From IMG/VR virus record IMGVR_UViG_3300010399_000032: a stretch of DNA of 64,000 nucleotides; one strand, written 5' to 3'. The position numbers and the translations under genes were made by a program. This document shows, piece after piece, positions 48,687-58,070 of the stretch (position 1 is its first letter; every line of letters starts with the position of its first letter). The notes under the pieces were generated by a model. The model worked only from the letters and a program-made list of their open reading frames with translations, was not told where the DNA came from and searched no databases. Origin of the DNA: a virus.

Positions 48687-49852
48687 TATGATTGAACCCA
48701 TTGATTAGCATTAGGTGCCGGAGACTGGTTGACATTTTGTATAGTTGTGGTAATACCTTTCGAAACTTCGGGTATTAATCGATCCAACATCCCTGGCAAA
48801 TCATTAACTTGATCAAATAATGTACCTTTGGTACTAGGAAATGTTGATAATAGAGCTTTAAATCCTGAAACGGATCTAAGATTGGCAATATCTGGGCTAG
48901 AATTGAGATTTCCTAAACCATCTAAGGTGAAAGAATTTGATCCAAATGCACCCGATCCAGAACCAAAAAAGTTCAATTTTGAAGCTCCGGTAGACGATGG
49001 ATCGGTTAATAGACCAATTAAACTTTCCAATAAATCGTCCATCGTTTTAACATTTTTGAGTTGTGACACAATATTAGTCAGAAATATAGTAGGATTTATC
49101 GTTCCTTCACTTACCACACCATTACCAAAATTTCCGTGAGTGAAGCTTTGGGTTGTATTCAGAACAGTTTGAAATCCTTCTTGGATGGATGGAGGCATAT
49201 TTTTAAACAATTCTGTTTGTAACTCTTGTGGCATAATTTTTAGGAGTGATCCTAAGGCGAACTGGAAACCTGGTAAACTTCCTGCAATATTTGACGTAAT
49301 GACTGAACCATTACTTGTTTTAGGGGTCGGTATCTGATGTATCTGTGGTATTTTAACACCCATTAATGGGCTCTGGGTGCCATGGCTGGCCACCCCATAA
49401 ACATCCGTTAATTTTGAAAGAGACTTTTCTATAATTTTGGTAACTTCCACCCCATTTTCATTGAGGACCTTTTGTAGATCGGGCGGAATATGGATATTTC
49501 GAGTAATGCTGTCTAATGGGCGCCCAAATTGGCTAGCCAATGAAAAAGCAGAACCAGGCATAGAGGTATCACCGGAAGTAACAGGATGAACCAATCCGAA
49601 GACTGTCCCGAACCCATTATATGCTTGCCCCGGGTCTTTGAAGATTTTGACGATTGTGCCATTTGATAATGCTCCCGGGCTAGTAGTTTGATTAATCATA
49701 CCTGGAGGATGAAGTAAAGGAATAAACGGCAAATCGTCTTTATTCACTCCATTACCATAAAGCTGATCAATCCATACCTTGTATAGGATTTGACCATTCT
49801 CTACTTTACTATCAATAATTCGACCCCAAAGGTCAGGCAATTTTTCTTGCAT
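48686..49852 (-). CDS. Baseplate hub protein, possibly a divergent gp5 N-terminal (OB-fold) part
   Basis: G.I.D...KVWI..LYG...DDLP pattern; lies between the hub gene and gp5C. Confidence 0.5.
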   Translation of the reverse strand: MQEKLPDLWGRIIDSKVENGQILYKVWIDQLYGNGVNKDDLPFIPLLHPPGMINQTTSPGALSNGTIVKIFKDPGQAYNGFGTVFGLVHPVTSGDTSMPGSAFSLASQFGRPLDSITRNIHIPPDLQKVLNENGVEVTKIIEKSLSKLTDVYGVASHGTQSPLMGVKIPQIHQIPTPKTSNGSVITSNIAGSLPGFQFALGSLLKIMPQELQTELFKNMPPSIQEGFQTVLNTTQSFTHGNFGNGVVSEGTINPTIFLTNIVSQLKNVKTMDDLLESLIGLLTDPSSTGASKLNFFGSGSGAFGSNSFTLDGLGNLNSSPDIANLRSVSGFKALLSTFPSTKGTLFDQVNDLPGMLDRLIPEVSKGITTTIQNVNQSPAPNANQWVQS

Positions 49853-51096
49853 TATACTTTTCCTACAGCAACAGTGTTAGCAACACAATCGACCGTGGTT
49901 GTTCCCATACCACCCAATTTAATATTATGAGTCATTGCAGCAATGAGATAGGTTCCGGTTCCATAATTCACTGTACCATTACCTGAATTGATAAATCTGG
50001 CATTGATGGTTCGACCAACATTAAGAAATGGTGAAAATGGTACCGTCATCCTGAGGGCAATTTTGTCTTGGTCCAATAGTGACAGTCGGGCTCTCCTCAG
50101 AAGTTGATAATTTTCGGCTCCAATATTGGTTGAATTCTGTTCGTTTTCGGTACCAAGATTCGACATATATTGCCATGGTGGTACCCAACTACCTGATCCG
50201 CCATAAACAGATGATTTGTTATTGAGTGGATTGAATAAGCTTAATTTGAGGAAATTTTGCCCCGTTGTATCATCTAGACCATTTAATACATCGGAAATCA
50301 AATCAAAATCACAGGGAAACATATATGTCATAATATCTACTGGATTTCCGTAGTTAATATCAATGGCACCCTTGGCCCCATAGGTAAATTCAAAGATTGG
50401 GTCTTGTTTGGCCATGGCCGTGAGTGACCTGAAATTGTGTGTTGCCAGGTCCTGATGATTGATATCCTGGAAAGTCATGAAATGTACAAATGACGGATCG
50501 ATAACATTATTTTGAGCCAAAGCGAAATCGGCTTGTTGAGAAATGACCTGGAATGGATGTATATTGGTTGCAATATAATCTCTGGGCGGTGTAGAATCCT
50601 CAACATTCACATTTATTCCTGGAAAATTTCGACCAAAAACATCCCTAACCACATTCGATGGTGTGGTAGATTTATAACTGGCATTGAAATAGGTCTTGGC
50701 ATCTACTACTAGGCTAGGATCACAAGCATCCAATTGGAATTGTTCAACCTGATAATTAGCTCTATCTCGATTGGATAACCTATAGAGTTTTTGTCGGGCA
50801 ATGAAGGTTGATTTATATTGCCCATTATACATGGTATCCAAAACTGGCCGGTAGGCCGTGACAGTGATATTTTTCCCATAATATTCATCCAGATTTTTTG
50901 AAGGTCCTTGAGTGGATCCGTCAAGTTTATCTGTTATCAATGAACTTTGTATAATGATGGATGTTTGGAGACCTGGTGTTAATAGGCTTTCCGTCATAGA
51001 TATTTCAGTTACGGTAGTTTCATTAAGGAGGTCCGCTGACACACCTTCAATATCCACCTTCATATTTGTAAGATAGGTATTATCCTGTTGTGTCAA
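49852..51096 (-). CDS. Baseplate hub protein (gp27-like)
   Basis: ISMTESLLTPG N-terminus, VPF...LNVG...G.YLI..MTH.I C-terminus; synteny. Confidence 0.65.
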   Translation of the reverse strand: MTQQDNTYLTNMKVDIEGVSADLLNETTVTEISMTESLLTPGLQTSIIIQSSLITDKLDGSTQGPSKNLDEYYGKNITVTAYRPVLDTMYNGQYKSTFIARQKLYRLSNRDRANYQVEQFQLDACDPSLVVDAKTYFNASYKSTTPSNVVRDVFGRNFPGINVNVEDSTPPRDYIATNIHPFQVISQQADFALAQNNVIDPSFVHFMTFQDINHQDLATHNFRSLTAMAKQDPIFEFTYGAKGAIDINYGNPVDIMTYMFPCDFDLISDVLNGLDDTTGQNFLKLSLFNPLNNKSSVYGGSGSWVPPWQYMSNLGTENEQNSTNIGAENYQLLRRARLSLLDQDKIALRMTVPFSPFLNVGRTINARFINSGNGTVNYGTGTYLIAAMTHNIKLGGMGTTTVDCVANTVAVGKV

Positions 51097-52001
51097 GTTA
51101 CAGTCCTAATTCCAGGAATAACTGGGTTTTTCTGAGCATTTTGCATGATTGAGTTGAATTCGGCCCGAATGCCTGAAAAATATTCAGGTTTGATCAATTT
51201 AATCTGTCTTTTGGCTTCATTCTGTGAAAACTCCCAATCATATATAGTGACCATATTTCTGATAGCTGGATAAGTGTCCACAGCAAATCCATTCACATTC
51301 TGGGATGTATAGCTACCTAAATCAGTAGGTAGTGAGGACCATAAATTGCCTGTGGCCACAAACGAATTGGCAAAGGCTTGTACGGTATTGGCTCCTAGAA
51401 CAACCACATTAGGTGATGCAATATAGGTACCCCCACTATTAATGGTGACATTCTGTAAAGCACCCGCACCATCTACTGTAAAGGAAATGTTGGCACCATA
51501 TCCATAATCCGTGGCCACATTCATATACCCATTAGCATATCCCGAACCTGCATTGATAATCTGAATTTCTGAGATAGGATTGCTTTGAATGATATAGGTT
51601 TTTTCAATGGAAGTGCGAGAATATGGATCATATGTGGTATATATGGCTTCCCAATGATGTGGAGTTGATTCAGCATATTCAACCGATCCATATTTCTGGA
51701 TAAGGTAATTATTGAAATTGGTGGTAGATAGAGGCCAGTCATAAAAAGGATCCGTTAAATTATTGGTCATAAGGATTAACCAATGAGCTTCAATATCCCC
51801 ATAAACTTTATTAGCTAATATTTCAGGAGTTTCACCATCCTTGATGGTGTATTCATAATAATGGAAAACCTCATCAAGTTTTTCAACCATGACTCGTAGG
51901 CGGATAAGAATATCCGTGGCCAGATCGAAGACCTGGACCCCTTGACTGGTCTTATTGATTGAATATGGTATGATAGGGAATTTTCCGAAATAATTAGCCA
52001 T
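51093..52001 (-). CDS. 53: Baseplate wedge subunit (gp53)
   Basis: YFGKFP, IKDGETPEILA.KVYG...HWLILM.N..DP..DWP and NEAKRQIKL motifs. Confidence 0.92.
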   Translation of the reverse strand: MANYFGKFPIIPYSINKTSQGVQVFDLATDILIRLRVMVEKLDEVFHYYEYTIKDGETPEILANKVYGDIEAHWLILMTNNLTDPFYDWPLSTTNFNNYLIQKYGSVEYAESTPHHWEAIYTTYDPYSRTSIEKTYIIQSNPISEIQIINAGSGYANGYMNVATDYGYGANISFTVDGAGALQNVTINSGGTYIASPNVVVLGANTVQAFANSFVATGNLWSSLPTDLGSYTSQNVNGFAVDTYPAIRNMVTIYDWEFSQNEAKRQIKLIKPEYFSGIRAEFNSIMQNAQKNPVIPGIRTVT

Positions 52002-52155
52002 GGTAGACTTCTACAACCGCATCCTTTAGATTGTTCATGTAGATATAAAGATCGGCTTCATCCTTGCTTTCGAATAGCAATGGTTTTGGTGCAGCACCTT
52101 CATATTCATTCATACTCTTGATATATTCTTTGTTTACTTTAATTGCGTATTTCAT
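51994..52155 (-). CDS. Hypothetical 53-aa protein; not in ORF track
   Basis: MKYAIKVNKEYIKSMNEYEGAAPKPLLFESKDEADLY...; AAGGA SD; overlaps the gp53 start. Confidence 0.65.
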   Translation of the reverse strand: MKYAIKVNKEYIKSMNEYEGAAPKPLLFESKDEADLYIYMNNLKDAVVEVYHG

Positions 52156-52260
52156 GTTAATTCCTTTTGCTTACGCTTTTCTTCCCAGGTTTTTGTTTTG
52201 CTAATTTGATTTTTTTTCTTATGTTCAGGAGATCGATTTAAGGCTGCTTGAAGGAGTATA
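52152..52260 (-). pseudogene. Possible relic of a NUMOD3-type homing endonuclease C-terminus
   Basis: Start-less frame ...AALNRSPEHKKKNQISKTKTWEEKRKQKELT* whose TGA overlaps the next ATG. Confidence 0.35.
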
Positions 52261-52283
52261 TAGTAACTAACCTTGCAAGAAAC

Positions 52284-53369
52284 CTAAAATCCTTGGCTAA
52301 TGCGCAATTTTGAATTGACCTCCGTCTCCTGGAACCTTAACATCATACGAACTTGGACTGGATATCCATTTGAGAAGGTTGCATATGTTCCGGTAGGAGA
52401 GTAAGATACGTCAATTTGCTTGAGAACGCAGGTATTGATACGAGGAATTTTGGTATTTTCGGTACCTCTATTATAGAAAGTGATATCGAATTCGGATGGA
52501 GGAATCCAAAAGAAAGAAGCGAAGTCAGTTGATCGAAGTTCCGGAGCAGCATGGAAACGCAGGGTCCTGATGATTTGCTCAATAACTTTGCTTTCATATT
52601 CATTGATAGGCGATAATAGGAAATCAAAAGAGAATTCCCTCTGAGCCGTGTTAGCAAAGAGGATTTCAACCTTAGGATTGATAGGAACACCACCTAGTTG
52701 GGAAACACCATTGATTAATCCACCAACTGTATTGGTGACATTTCCTGCAATTTGTGAACCAACAATACCACCAATACCACCAATTTCCGCCGTGGCACCC
52801 GCGCCAACACCTGCGGCAACCATATTAATGGCTCCGGATACCATTCCTGACGCAAAGCGCGTCAGAGAAATATTAGTATAATCATGGAAATCAGTGTAGG
52901 TTAATTCGGAATTGGGCATATAAATGGCAATGGATTCTTTGATCCGGCGAGTAAATCGGCCCCGAGTACTTCCAAAAAGTGATGCATTATGGATAGGACC
53001 GGCTGCATTTGAGAATGTACCATCGATAGAATATCGTAAAGCATCGGTCTTAGATAGTTCATTATCCAGACGGGTGAAGATTTGTTGGGCCGGCCCATCA
53101 TTCTGAGATAATTGGGACATCCGACTATTTTGTTGGACATTGATATTGATCACCATGTAATGCCCATTGTAACCCAAAACGTCTCCTAAATCACTTGGAA
53201 ATACCCTCTGAGTGAAGTCATATTCCGATTGACCGAGAGTCAAGTCGGTTGGTAAAGGTAATTGATTCTGAATTAGATCACCACCAACTCCTAGGAGATT
53301 GGTGGTGTTATTATACCCACCCTCAACTGTATTTTTTATGAAATTGCCAACATCCGTTAGTGAAGTCAT
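52284..53369 (-). CDS. 48: Baseplate tail-tube cap (gp48)
   Basis: IAIYMP, INPKVEILF...REFSFDF, P.EFDI and CVL..IDVSYSP motifs; TATAAATA at 53392-53399. Confidence 0.88.
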   Translation of the reverse strand: MTSLTDVGNFIKNTVEGGYNNTTNLLGVGGDLIQNQLPLPTDLTLGQSEYDFTQRVFPSDLGDVLGYNGHYMVININVQQNSRMSQLSQNDGPAQQIFTRLDNELSKTDALRYSIDGTFSNAAGPIHNASLFGSTRGRFTRRIKESIAIYMPNSELTYTDFHDYTNISLTRFASGMVSGAINMVAAGVGAGATAEIGGIGGIVGSQIAGNVTNTVGGLINGVSQLGGVPINPKVEILFANTAQREFSFDFLLSPINEYESKVIEQIIRTLRFHAAPELRSTDFASFFWIPPSEFDITFYNRGTENTKIPRINTCVLKQIDVSYSPTGTYATFSNGYPVQVRMMLRFQETEVNSKLRISQGF

Positions 53370-53398
53370 TGATTCTCCTTATTTTCCTATATATTTAT

Positions 53399-53848
53399 AT
53401 GGCTAAACGGGAATCATATAAAGGTTACTTCCGACCTAAAAATCCACAAAAATATGTTGGGGATGTACGCAATATCATTTTTCGGTCCCTTTGGGAAAGG
53501 AAATTTATGGTCTATTGCGATAATGAACCAAACGTCCTCGAATGGTCATCTGAGGAGGTGGTGATTCCATATATTTCTCCGGTGGATGGAAAATACCATA
53601 GATACTTTCCTGATTTCAAGATCAAGATTAAAACCAAGAGCGGTCAGGTCAAAACTCACCTTATAGAAGTCAAGCCTTTAGCTCAAACCGTGCCTCCAGT
53701 TAAAAAGTCACGGATAACGCCAAAATATATAACGGAGGTAACTACTTGGGGTGTTAACCAAGCGAAATGGAAAGCAGCCGAGGAGTTCTGCGACCTCCAA
53801 GGCTGGGAGTTTACTAAGATGACGGAAAAAGAGTTAGGAATAACATAA
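53399..53848 (+). CDS. 4: Head completion nuclease (gp4); start ATG 53399
   Basis: YKG.FRPKNPQKY.GD, RSLWE, WSSEE, HRYFPDF, IEVKP and NQAKWKAA motifs. Confidence 0.95.
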   Translation: MAKRESYKGYFRPKNPQKYVGDVRNIIFRSLWERKFMVYCDNEPNVLEWSSEEVVIPYISPVDGKYHRYFPDFKIKIKTKSGQVKTHLIEVKPLAQTVPPVKKSRITPKYITEVTTWGVNQAKWKAAEEFCDLQGWEFTKMTEKELGIT

Positions 53849-53851
53849 ATA
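53844..53851 (+). promoter_or_regulatory. Late promoter CATAAATA, 5 nt before the gp2 ATG
   Basis: Sequence CATAAATA-tccct-ATG. Confidence 0.65.
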
Positions 53852-53856
53852 TCCCT

Positions 53857-54351
53857 ATGGCAATAAGAACAAAAGACGCCCTTGAGTGGATGGTAGGTAA
53901 GGCCCATTCTGCCGCAGGAATTCGTAATAATTTGCTGGCTAATGGAGATAGAGCTTCTGATTCAGTTGAAATCGGGAAGCTTTATTTTTATTGGTACGAT
54001 CCCAAACTAAAAAATATTCTACCCATTTATGATCGATTTCCTTTAGTTATGCCCATGGAGAGATATGTGGATGGTTGGTTGGGTCTGAATTTCCATTATC
54101 TACCCGAGGGAGCCCGCAACATCTTATTCCAAGAACTTTTGGCTTATAAAAATAATCGATATATGGATGAACGCACCAAAATTCGAGCATCCTATGCCTT
54201 GCTATCCCAAACCAAGACATTGAATATCGCCAAACCAGCAATCAAAAAATATCTAACTCAACAAGTCGTTTCAAAATTTGTTGAGGTTACCCCCGCAGAA
54301 TGGGATAAAGCTGCGGCATTACCTGTTGCAAGTTTTGTAAGGAAACCTTAA
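53857..54351 (+). CDS. 2: DNA end protector (gp2)
   Basis: YDPKLK..LP.YDRFPL, GLNFHYLP and IKKYL motifs. Confidence 0.93.
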   Translation: MAIRTKDALEWMVGKAHSAAGIRNNLLANGDRASDSVEIGKLYFYWYDPKLKNILPIYDRFPLVMPMERYVDGWLGLNFHYLPEGARNILFQELLAYKNNRYMDERTKIRASYALLSQTKTLNIAKPAIKKYLTQQVVSKFVEVTPAEWDKAAALPVASFVRKP

Positions 54352-55073
54352 TGACCGCAATTATTGACGTTACGGGTGGGCCATCCGCTCCGGGAAATCT
54401 GACGATGCCTGATTTCCAAGCGCTCTACTCTAAATGGGGCGACTTGGCTAAATCCAGTCGTTTTTTGGTTATGGTCACTGTGCCTCCGGCTATTTCAAAT
54501 GCCAATATAAATGGTGGATCAAAGCTTAAATTTAGTACGCCCGACCTAACGTTCTTATGTGAATCGGCTGAATTACCGGGTCGAGGATTCATGAACTCTG
54601 ACCTGAGATATTATGGTCCTAATTTCAAGATTCCTTATCAATCGACATATGAAGATGTGAATATGACCTTCCTCTGCCGGGACCAATTCACAGAACGAGA
54701 ATTTTTCGATAATTGGATGGAATATATTAATCCATCTGATACTTATGATTTCAGTTACCGTGCTTCATACATCGGTCAGGTTAGGGTGTACCAAATGTCT
54801 GACCTTGTGGCCCAAACAAATTCTAATTCAAAATCTCAACAAAGATATTCAATTCTTCTTGACCGAGCCTATCCAATTCTGGTCAATCCACAAACCATGA
54901 CGTGGGCAGATGATAACTTCCAACGACTTACGATTACTTTTACCTATACAAGGTGGTTCCGAGAGGGCCTTGATACTGTTCCGTCAGCAGATAAAAAGAA
55001 ATTGGTTCCGGGAGCTACAATTCTGGATGATACCACTGGCGGAGGAACCACTATTCCCATTTTTAATCTCTGA
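54351..55073 (+). CDS. 54: Baseplate tail-tube initiator (gp54-like, tube fold)
   Basis: LCESAELPG, EREFFDNW and AYP...WADD...LTITF.Y motifs. Confidence 0.8.
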   Translation: MTAIIDVTGGPSAPGNLTMPDFQALYSKWGDLAKSSRFLVMVTVPPAISNANINGGSKLKFSTPDLTFLCESAELPGRGFMNSDLRYYGPNFKIPYQSTYEDVNMTFLCRDQFTEREFFDNWMEYINPSDTYDFSYRASYIGQVRVYQMSDLVAQTNSNSKSQQRYSILLDRAYPILVNPQTMTWADDNFQRLTITFTYTRWFREGLDTVPSADKKKLVPGATILDDTTGGGTTIPIFNL

Positions 55074-55083
55074 GGAGTAATTT

Positions 55084-55797
55084 ATGTTACCTAAAATTGA
55101 TGTACCTATTCTTGAACTGACCGTTCCATCAACCAAAAAGAAACTAAGGGCCCGCCCATTCACCGTTAAGGAAGAAAAACTCCTCCTGATGGCCGCGGAG
55201 TCGAAAGATACCAAAGACATCATTGCAACCACCAAACAGGTGATCAATAATTGTATCCTGGATAAGGGGGTAAATATTGATGCCTTCCCATTTTTTGATA
55301 TTGATTATCTATTCATTGCCTTGCGAGCGAAGTCTGTGGGTGAAGTTATCGAAATCAACTTTACCTGTCATCAACAAATAGATGGAAAACCTTGCGGTGG
55401 CATGTTTCCCGTCCAATTAGATATCACCAAAGCTCGAATCCTAAACCTCGAAAAAGACCCTCGTAGGATGATTAATGATAGGATTGGTGCATTTATGAAA
55501 TATCCTACTTATGCTGCTATTAAAAAGATTAATGGACCTGATACTCTAGCCAATCGGTTGAATACTATTATCGCATCGATTGATTATCTCTTTGATGAGA
55601 CCAAGGTATATCCAGTCAAGGACATGAAACCAGGTGAACTTGAGGAATTTATTGAAAAATTGACCACATCACAATTGAGTCAATTAGATGATTGGATTGA
55701 TAATTTACCATCCTTCCAGATTGAACAAGAGGCCGTATGCCCTAAGTGTGGATTTAAACATCAAATAGTCTATAAGGATTTCGACAATTTTTTCTAA
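55084..55797 (+). CDS. 26: Baseplate hub assembly protein (gp26)
   Basis: MLPKI..P, RPF.VKEEKLLLMA, DIDYLF..LRAKSVGE and CPKCG motifs. Confidence 0.92.
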   Translation: MLPKIDVPILELTVPSTKKKLRARPFTVKEEKLLLMAAESKDTKDIIATTKQVINNCILDKGVNIDAFPFFDIDYLFIALRAKSVGEVIEINFTCHQQIDGKPCGGMFPVQLDITKARILNLEKDPRRMINDRIGAFMKYPTYAAIKKINGPDTLANRLNTIIASIDYLFDETKVYPVKDMKPGELEEFIEKLTTSQLSQLDDWIDNLPSFQIEQEAVCPKCGFKHQIVYKDFDNFF

Positions 55798-55799
55798 TC

Positions 55800-55994
55800 A
55801 TGCTTGGTTATGATAATCTCGCGAACCATATAACTACCAATTTCAATCTGATGGAATTCCACAAGTGGCAATTAAACACAATTGAAAAGATGGTTCCCTG
55901 GGAAAAACAGATTTATGTTGACCTCTTAGCCAAGCATGTTAAAGAACAAAACGAAAAGGCCCGAGATTTGGCCGCAGCACAGAGACGACACTAA
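55800..55994 (+). CDS. 51: Baseplate hub assembly catalyst (gp51)
   Basis: NFNLM..HKW.L..IE.M.PWE..IYV.LL motif. Confidence 0.9.
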   Translation: MLGYDNLANHITTNFNLMEFHKWQLNTIEKMVPWEKQIYVDLLAKHVKEQNEKARDLAAAQRRH

Positions 55995-58015
55995 TGTCCT
56001 TAACTTCCGATAAGCTAACAACTTCATATAAGCAAATTGCTGCTATTCCTATTCAAAAGAGAATGGAGTTGGCTTCATCTGGATTGGCCACATCATTCGC
56101 AAATGCTCTAACTCCAAGTCAAAAAGCATCATTATTTCCTAAGTATTATCCCCAGGTCGCCTCTCTTGGTAACCAGAACTTTTCCGTTAATGCTCTCCCT
56201 CCGCCTAGTCAGGCATTTACCTCATCCCCACCTACAAATCCTAGCCCAGTAGGCGGCGGACCACCACAAACCTATACTCCTGGTAAAACCACTTCCCAGA
56301 CACAAGTATTACAAACAGTTATTAATACCCTAATGAAAGGTGATCCTGAGCATGGATTGCCTGGTTTACCATATGGTAAAGCCCGGGCTCTGGCCGCCAA
56401 TTTTGGGTCGGAGAGTAACTTTAACCCAACGGCACAGGGAGATTTAAATCTAGGAACACCATCTGTAGGTATTGGGCAATGGAGGCAGGATCGTCTCGAT
56501 GCCCTTCGTAAATTTGCCACGGATCGTAAGGCCGATTGGACCGATCCTTCAACCCAAGCTTTATTCTCTCTACATGAATTTCAAACCACACATTCTAAGG
56601 CCTTTGCAGATTTTATGGCTGCAAATAATCCCGAGGATGAGTATCATATCCTCCGAAAGGAATATGAAGTTGGTATGGAAGGTGGATCAAATCGAGCAAA
56701 TTACGACCAATGGTTAAAAACCATCGATGAAGGTCAAACGGCAACTGCAACGGCAACCCCAAATGTCAGCACTCCAGGTAACTCAACTCCAGTTACCGCA
56801 ACACCTATACCGAATCCTAATTCGGTTCCGGCTTCTGAATTAGCCCTTGGTATAACTCAAGGAAGACATCCTGATATTGCCGATGTGAATCCTAAATTGG
56901 TAGAATCTGTGGCCGCGGGTGCAACACATCTACCACCTGGTTATAAAGTTTCGGTCAATGAAGGGTTTAATCCATATGGGCATGTTTCCGGATCACAACA
57001 CCATATTAAAGGGCAGGGAGCGCTGGATGTGCAAATTACCGATCCATCTGGTAAGATTGTTCCTAATGAAGGTGGTGATCCAACGGGAATGTATAAGAAA
57101 CTGGCGTCATATGTTAAAGGTGAAATGACGGCCCGTTATCCTCAGGATGCTGAGAAATTGGCCTGGGGAGGTGGATTTGGTGCATCTAATACTAATTCAG
57201 CCCAGGACCTAATGCATTTTGATATGGGAGGAGGGCAATCGGCCACGGATACATCCCGGAGCGTTTATAAAGATAATGCCATGTATAATCTGGATGTGCC
57301 AAAGGAAAAATATGGAGAGGTAAAAGTTGCCTCGGGCCCACAGGGATATTCAATTGTTCCACCTGACCAGACTCAAACAGCAACCGCGACAACGCCTCAG
57401 AATTTAACACAAAGTTACAATATCAATCCTAAGGCTGCGGCCCAGATGGTACGTAACTCAGATGAATTTAAGAAGGAAACCGGCATCTTTGCTTCAATGG
57501 TGTCGGATGATCAAATTCTTAACAATCCTCAATATAAGAATAAGTTAAATGAGATTGTCACCGGTATGGGAGGTAAAGTGAATTCTGATGGATCCATAAC
57601 CATAGATAAAGGTAGCCCTAAGTTTAATGCTAATCAATTCAATGATTTTACTAAGACCAATCCTGATGTATTAGTTCCCCAACAAACTCAACAAGCTCAG
57701 AACATTGTACCGGCTCAGGCTCCTGTTCAATCGCCTGCAACAATTGAACCAAAACAAACACAGGTTCAACCATTGGTTCCTGCAACTCAGCCAACTCCAG
57801 ATATTACACCAACACAACCAATACAAATACAAACCCAACCACCTCCAGATTCTGGATCAATGACGGGACAAATTGGTCCTACACCAGGAACCAAAGATTC
57901 TTCCCAATCAGCAGATTTGAGTATTGGAACGGTTAAATCGTCCACCCAGGACAAAGCCCTCGCACGAGCTACATGGGGTTGGCAGGATATTTCTAAATCT
58001 GGTCTCGCTACATAA
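55994..58015 (+). CDS. Tape-measure-like tail protein with phage-tail lysozyme and M15-type peptidase domains
   Basis: ALAANFGSESNFNP...GIGQW...R; SQH..G.GALD...WGG...DLMHFD; Pro/Thr/Gln linkers; follows gp51. Confidence 0.7.
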   Translation: MSLTSDKLTTSYKQIAAIPIQKRMELASSGLATSFANALTPSQKASLFPKYYPQVASLGNQNFSVNALPPPSQAFTSSPPTNPSPVGGGPPQTYTPGKTTSQTQVLQTVINTLMKGDPEHGLPGLPYGKARALAANFGSESNFNPTAQGDLNLGTPSVGIGQWRQDRLDALRKFATDRKADWTDPSTQALFSLHEFQTTHSKAFADFMAANNPEDEYHILRKEYEVGMEGGSNRANYDQWLKTIDEGQTATATATPNVSTPGNSTPVTATPIPNPNSVPASELALGITQGRHPDIADVNPKLVESVAAGATHLPPGYKVSVNEGFNPYGHVSGSQHHIKGQGALDVQITDPSGKIVPNEGGDPTGMYKKLASYVKGEMTARYPQDAEKLAWGGGFGASNTNSAQDLMHFDMGGGQSATDTSRSVYKDNAMYNLDVPKEKYGEVKVASGPQGYSIVPPDQTQTATATTPQNLTQSYNINPKAAAQMVRNSDEFKKETGIFASMVSDDQILNNPQYKNKLNEIVTGMGGKVNSDGSITIDKGSPKFNANQFNDFTKTNPDVLVPQQTQQAQNIVPAQAPVQSPATIEPKQTQVQPLVPATQPTPDITPTQPIQIQTQPPPDSGSMTGQIGPTPGTKDSSQSADLSIGTVKSSTQDKALARATWGWQDISKSGLAT

Positions 58016-58045
58016 AAAAAGAGCCCCGGCTTTCGCCGGGGCTTT
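58014..58045. terminator. Terminator between convergent genes (strongest on the - strand, after gp32)
   Basis: AGCCCCGGC-GAAA-GCCGGGGCT stem followed by T7 on the - strand. Confidence 0.9.
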
Positions 58046-58070
58046 CCAGTTAATACCGGGACATATTCGA

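Noticed and set aside
52284-52286. Stop-codon reassignment (TAG) suggested by the open frame after gp48
   Set aside because: All core genes are full length in the standard code and gp48 ends at its expected C-terminus.
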